From Marsupella aquatica (taxonomy: Eukaryota; Plantae; Marchantiophyta): a stretch of 64,000 bases of DNA. The notes under the pieces are model-generated. The model saw only the letters and a program-made list of their open reading frames with translations. It did not search any database and was not told the origin of the DNA. Shown piece after piece: positions 59,471-64,000 of the stretch. How positions within the stretch are numbered: the first letter of the stretch is position 1; every line of letters begins with the position of its first letter. The translations under genes were made by a program, and so were the position numbers. Where the stretch lies: contig OZ316897.1 in NCBI GenBank assembly GCA_973895155.1, positions 18,076,457 to 18,140,456 on the forward strand. The letters are read 5' to 3'.

Positions 59471-62400
59471 AAAATATTTGGATGACTCACCTTCGATATG
59501 CCAAAGTTGCTCATCAGGAAAGTCATCAGAGAGACTATGCTCATTCACAGGACCAGGAAGTCGGGATAAAAAATCCGCATTCTCATGATGCTGCCCTGGC
59601 CGCACCTGAACCTCGTAATCGAACTCCTGCAACAGAAGAACCCAGCGAGCCACTCGTCCCGAAAGGTCCACTTGATTGACTAAATACTTCAAGGAATTAT
59701 GGTCCGTATGGAAAACAACCTGATAGCCGAGCAAGTAGTGGCGGAATTTCTTACATGCGAACACAATTGCCAAAGCTTCCCTCTCAGTAACAGTGTAATG
59801 TTTTTCCGCTGCACTCATCTGCCTGCTTGCATAGTAAATCGGATGGTCCCTATTTGCTTCATCGCGTTGGCTGAGATTAGCCCCTACACAGAAAGCAGAA
59901 GCATCAGTGAAAACATGAAACTTCTTACTCCAATTAGGAGGGGACAAGACTGGAGCGGTCACCAAACATTCCTTCAAGGCTTGAAAAGCAGCCTGTCGCT
60001 CAGGGGTCCAAGTGTAAGGAACCTCTTGCTTCAGCAACTGAGTGAGGGGTAGAGCCCTATCCGAGTACTTATGTATAAATTGTCGATAGTAACCCACGTG
60101 TCCCAGGAACCCCCTCAACTGCTTCAAATCAGCCGGAGGTCACAGCTCTAAGATCACTCAAATTTTTTCTTTATCCACCTCAATACCTCGCTGAGAAATG
60201 ACATGGCCCAACAAAATGCCTTCCTGCATTCCAATGTAGCACTTTTCTGGGTGTAGGCACAGCTGAGCGTCCCGGCACTTCTGAAAGGTCTTCTCAAGGT
60301 GTATCAAGTGGTCAGCCACAGAATTAGAAAACACACAGAAGTCGTCAATAAAAATTTCCATGAAGCGCCTCAAATACTCCTGAAAAATAATCATCATTAT
60401 GCGCTGGAAAGTTCCAGGGGCATTACATAGGCCGAAAGGCATCATGGTGAAAGCATATGTGCCCCAGTCGGTGGTAAAAGTAGTCTTATCGCGGTCCTCC
60501 TGACGAATTGAGACTTGGTTGTATCCGGAATACCCATCCAAAAAACTATACCATTCATGACGTGCGACTAAATCCAGGACGGAGTCAATGAACGGGAGAG
60601 GGTAATGGTCCTTACGAGTGGCAGCATTCAGTCTCCGGAAATCCTGACAAACACGGATCTTCATCTTTCCGTCCGGACCAGGCTTTTTGGGAACGATGAC
60701 AATAGGGGATACCCACTCGCTGCTCAGTACAGGGTAAATAAACCCAGCAGAGGTAAGCTTATCTAACTCATCTTTAACAAGAACTAAGTACTTGGGGTTG
60801 AGACGGTATTGCCTCTGGCAAACTGGAACTGCCCCTTCCATCAGGTCAATCCTATGTTCTCCAAGGTGTGGGTGTATCCCCTTCAAATCTGCATGACTCC
60901 AGGCAAACACGTCCTTGTATTGGGTTAGCAGCAAAATATACCGTTCTCTCAGCTCGCCCTGGATGTGCTGACCGATGTTGAGGAACTTACCAGGTTCGAT
61001 CTCAATTTTCTGGCACGCAGCAGTGTCTACTATCCCTTCAGTAAGACCCGCTGGTCTGAGTTCAAATTCTCTAAACTTTGGAAGCTCCATATCCGCCTCC
61101 TCCAAATGGGGTGAGCGCTCTTCCTCAACACAGGGCGCTTCTAGTTGCGGGGCCTCCTGGTCATTCTGTGATTGTCACGACTCCTTGGGTACTTGAGCAG
61201 ATCCCCTAGCAGATACGTCCGCATAGTACAACTCCAAATATCGAACCTCTTCCAACTCAAACTCTAGAGGGTCCAAAATTAAAGTAGAATCCGAAAAGTC
61301 CGAAGTGTATCCATCATCGGTCACAGTCTCACCTTGATGTTTGTCTGGTGCCCAGCTCACCACCACCTTGGGTTGTCCAAAGGTTAATTCTCGAGTCCTC
61401 CAATTCACCTGTACATGAGCCTTGTACAGCCAAGGTCGACCCAACAAAATGGGGAAACTCGAAGGAGTATCAGGACTAATGACAATATACTCCAAGGAAA
61501 AAGGAACCCCAGCAATGAGAGTTTCCACTCCACTTAGTCTCCCCACAGGGACAACTCGTGATTGGTCCGCCATCCGCAAAATCTTTGGTGTGCTCTCCAA
61601 CTTTGTGAAGCCAAGACCGAACGCTGTCTGCTGAGTCATAAGATTAACACTAGAGCCTCCATCAACTGGGACTCCCTTCACCACACATCCCTGAACCTGT
61701 ACCTCGATCTCGGGTGGGCCTAAATCCTGACTGATCACTCGTAGCACCTCCACCTCCGGTAACTTCCGTCTTCGTCTTCGACCAGTGAGGAGACCTCGAA
61801 GCTGCCGTCTGTACACTGGGTTATCTTGCAACAGTTCCCCTATAGTAATCTGAGCTGGGGAGTTCTTCACATCTGCCAAAATGTCATATCCTTGAGAAGG
61901 ACCAATGGGAGAATTGTGCTTTGGTGCCTTTACCTCCTTCAGGGTGGGGTCGGGAGGAGTCTCCTTTACTAGCTCCTTCAATTGAGCTTTGACCTCTGAA
62001 GAAATATCGGGTAGAAAGTATTTCGGATCGTACCGATCATAAGCTGGATCCTGGTCCTTGGGAAGTCCTTCCTCTGTTGGTGCACGAGGTTTACTCTCCG
62101 TGTTTTTCTTCTTTACAACAGCCAATTCCTTCTCCTCCTTTCGCTTGGAGCGAGTGGTGGCATAAATATTTTTCAAGACCTTGTCCCTGTCCTGCACTCT
62201 CGCATTAGGTAGTCCCACCACTTCCCGTTTCACTAAGTGCTCCACCATGACATCGGGTACTACTCCGGATAAAGATTGAGCAAAGAGTGAATCGGCCTTC
62301 CCTTCGACACGATTTACCTGTGTATGATGAATCAATCCACAATGCTCAACTTCTTCGGAGTATACCATGCGAACCTTTGCTTCCGGCCTGGTAGTCTCCT

Positions 62401-64000
62401 TAATTGGTTCCTGGGCAAAGCGCACCATCATTTTGGGTTTGGGAGGATTGGGGCATTCAACTGGCAGGTGGCCCTCTTTATGACAATTCCCACAGACTGG
62501 CGTGTAGCCTTCCTCCTGCCTAGGGTAGGGGCATTGAGGAGAATAGTGGTCTGGTTGACCACAGTTCCAACAAGAGCCCTTTGCTCGAGGTGCACCACGA
62601 GGTGGATATCCTCCAGGAGGTCCCATAGGTGGCCTCGGCACTGCTCGACCATAATTCGGCTTCGAAGATGCCCATGCTGGTCCAGGAGCTGGTTGAGGTG
62701 TCGATGGGAAATACTGACTTCCCCCAGGTGCTATCACAGCATAGGAATTATCAGTCATAACCCTCCGCCTCCTCCTGCATCTGCATGTAATTTACCTTCA
62801 GATTGGAATTCGGGCATTCACTTGGATAATGGCCTTGCTGATTGCAACGAGCACACCAAACGTTTACTCTCATAGCAGGCGGTTGTCGTCTCACAGGTTT
62901 AAGAGCAGCAATGTTGACACTTAATTTAGACAACTTGCCACTAAGATCTGACATCAACCGATCCAGGTTCTTCGGGTGAGTGGTCTTGGAGGCCCCCTTG
63001 CTGGAAGATTTCTTCTTTGGAGTAGATTTCTCCGAATCTGAAGAAGAGGTCGAACTCTCACTGGTAGTGGTCGTGGAGCTGTACTCGTCGTCACTGGAAC
63101 TGCTAGTGGTTTCTGCCTCCGATTCTGAGCTGTCCTTGGATTTTTTTTCTTCTTATGCCTATCTCGTTTCAAGTCCTTCCTCACCCGTTTCTTCCCTGAA
63201 ATCTCAGAATCGACATACTTCTGTGCGGCTTCTTGTGCTTCATCAAAAGTCGTGCCTCCCTCTCTCCTCACATATCGGGCAATACGGGAAGGTAGCCCGT
63301 TGACAAACCAATCTCTCACAGTTAATTTAGAAGTGGCAGGGTTATACTGGTCAACCAAATCCAACAGTTTATCAGCGTATTTTCTTACCGAGCCATGCTT
63401 CTTCATACGTAAGTGAGATATCCGAGTAAATGCTCGGGCTGCTGCTCCATCTTCTTGGAATTTAGCCAAGAACGCAGCCTTCACACTGGGCCAATCCTGT
63501 TTGGTTGGGAACCGATCGTACCATTTCTGTGCTCTTTTCTTCATTAGCCCCCCGAATAAATTGGCTTTCTCTGCATCCAGGCTCTGCCCATTAGAAGTTG
63601 CTGAGGCCTCAAACTCCTTCAGGTAAACCTCTGCATCCTCCTTTGAGGTCCCAAAAAATCTATCATACCGCACATGGTTCCGGGCCATTGTAACTACGGG
63701 CGCTGCTGAAGAAGGAGAGGCGCTCTTAGTACTTCCGGGGGTAGAGGTCCCGCCTCGTGGCGTGCGGGTTGTGCTGGAAGGTAAACTGGAATTTGATGTA
63801 CCACTTCCCAACGAAGATACTCCCGAGTGGGATGTCTGAGATGTATACAGGTTATCTAAGTCCTCAACGCCTCCCAATGGTACCACAAAAACACTCTCAG
63901 GAGTGTCATAAGGGTCTTGGGCAATCTCTGGTAAAGCGGTGCCTGGCGTCGTAGTTGTGACTTCTGCGGGTTGCTCAAGGCTACCTTGGTTCTGCTCCTC
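59471..64000 (-). mobile_element. Gypsy element, duplicate (gag-PR-RT-RH pseudogene), running off the right edge
   Basis: ORFs 59414..60127, 60158..61105, 61175..62758 and 62751..63886 (in two pieces). Stops at 61175, 60158 and 60140; 1-bp shorter T run near 63141. Confidence 0.95.

Larger units (their letters stand above)
41527..64000. repeat. Tandem segmental duplication, unit 2 (incomplete, lacks the nested element)
   Basis: Near-identical to 10119-28091 plus 34218 to about 38720. Confidence 0.97.

Noticed and set aside
59471-59544. Apparent N-terminus of the 1423-aa Copia ORF
   Set aside because: Out-of-frame Gypsy sequence across the fusion junction, not Copia gag.
63141-63150. Copy-specific gag frameshift as a biological signal
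   Set aside because: A 1-bp difference in a T homopolymer; could be a sequencing error.

Overview
Eukaryotic DNA, almost entirely transposons; no intact host gene is recognisable. The element families point to a land plant, possibly a bryophyte (inference). From left to right it holds: (i) the 5' half of a non-autonomous Gypsy-type LTR element (- strand); (ii) a 1.9-kb Helitron; (iii) a 5'-truncated LINE; (iv) a young head-to-tail duplication. Unit 1 is 10119-41526; unit 2 starts at 41527 and runs off the window. Each unit holds a LINE fragment, an SDR gene fragment, an older degenerate duplication and a 5'-truncated Copia element fused to a 3'-truncated Athila/OTA-like Gypsy element. Unit 1 also carries a 6121-bp nested LTR element (TSD GATAT) that is absent from unit 2. 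Most notable: (1) the Copia carries an intact antisense ORF next to its 3' LTR ending in an RNase H1 N-terminal/Cauli_VI hybrid-binding domain; (2) a helper/satellite-like Gypsy pair shares a PBS, cis motifs, a Gag N-terminal module and an extra protease-like domain; (3) the satellite carries arrays of GACGCT-N6-AGCGTC palindromes; (4) the duplication breakpoint lies exactly at an LTR terminus.
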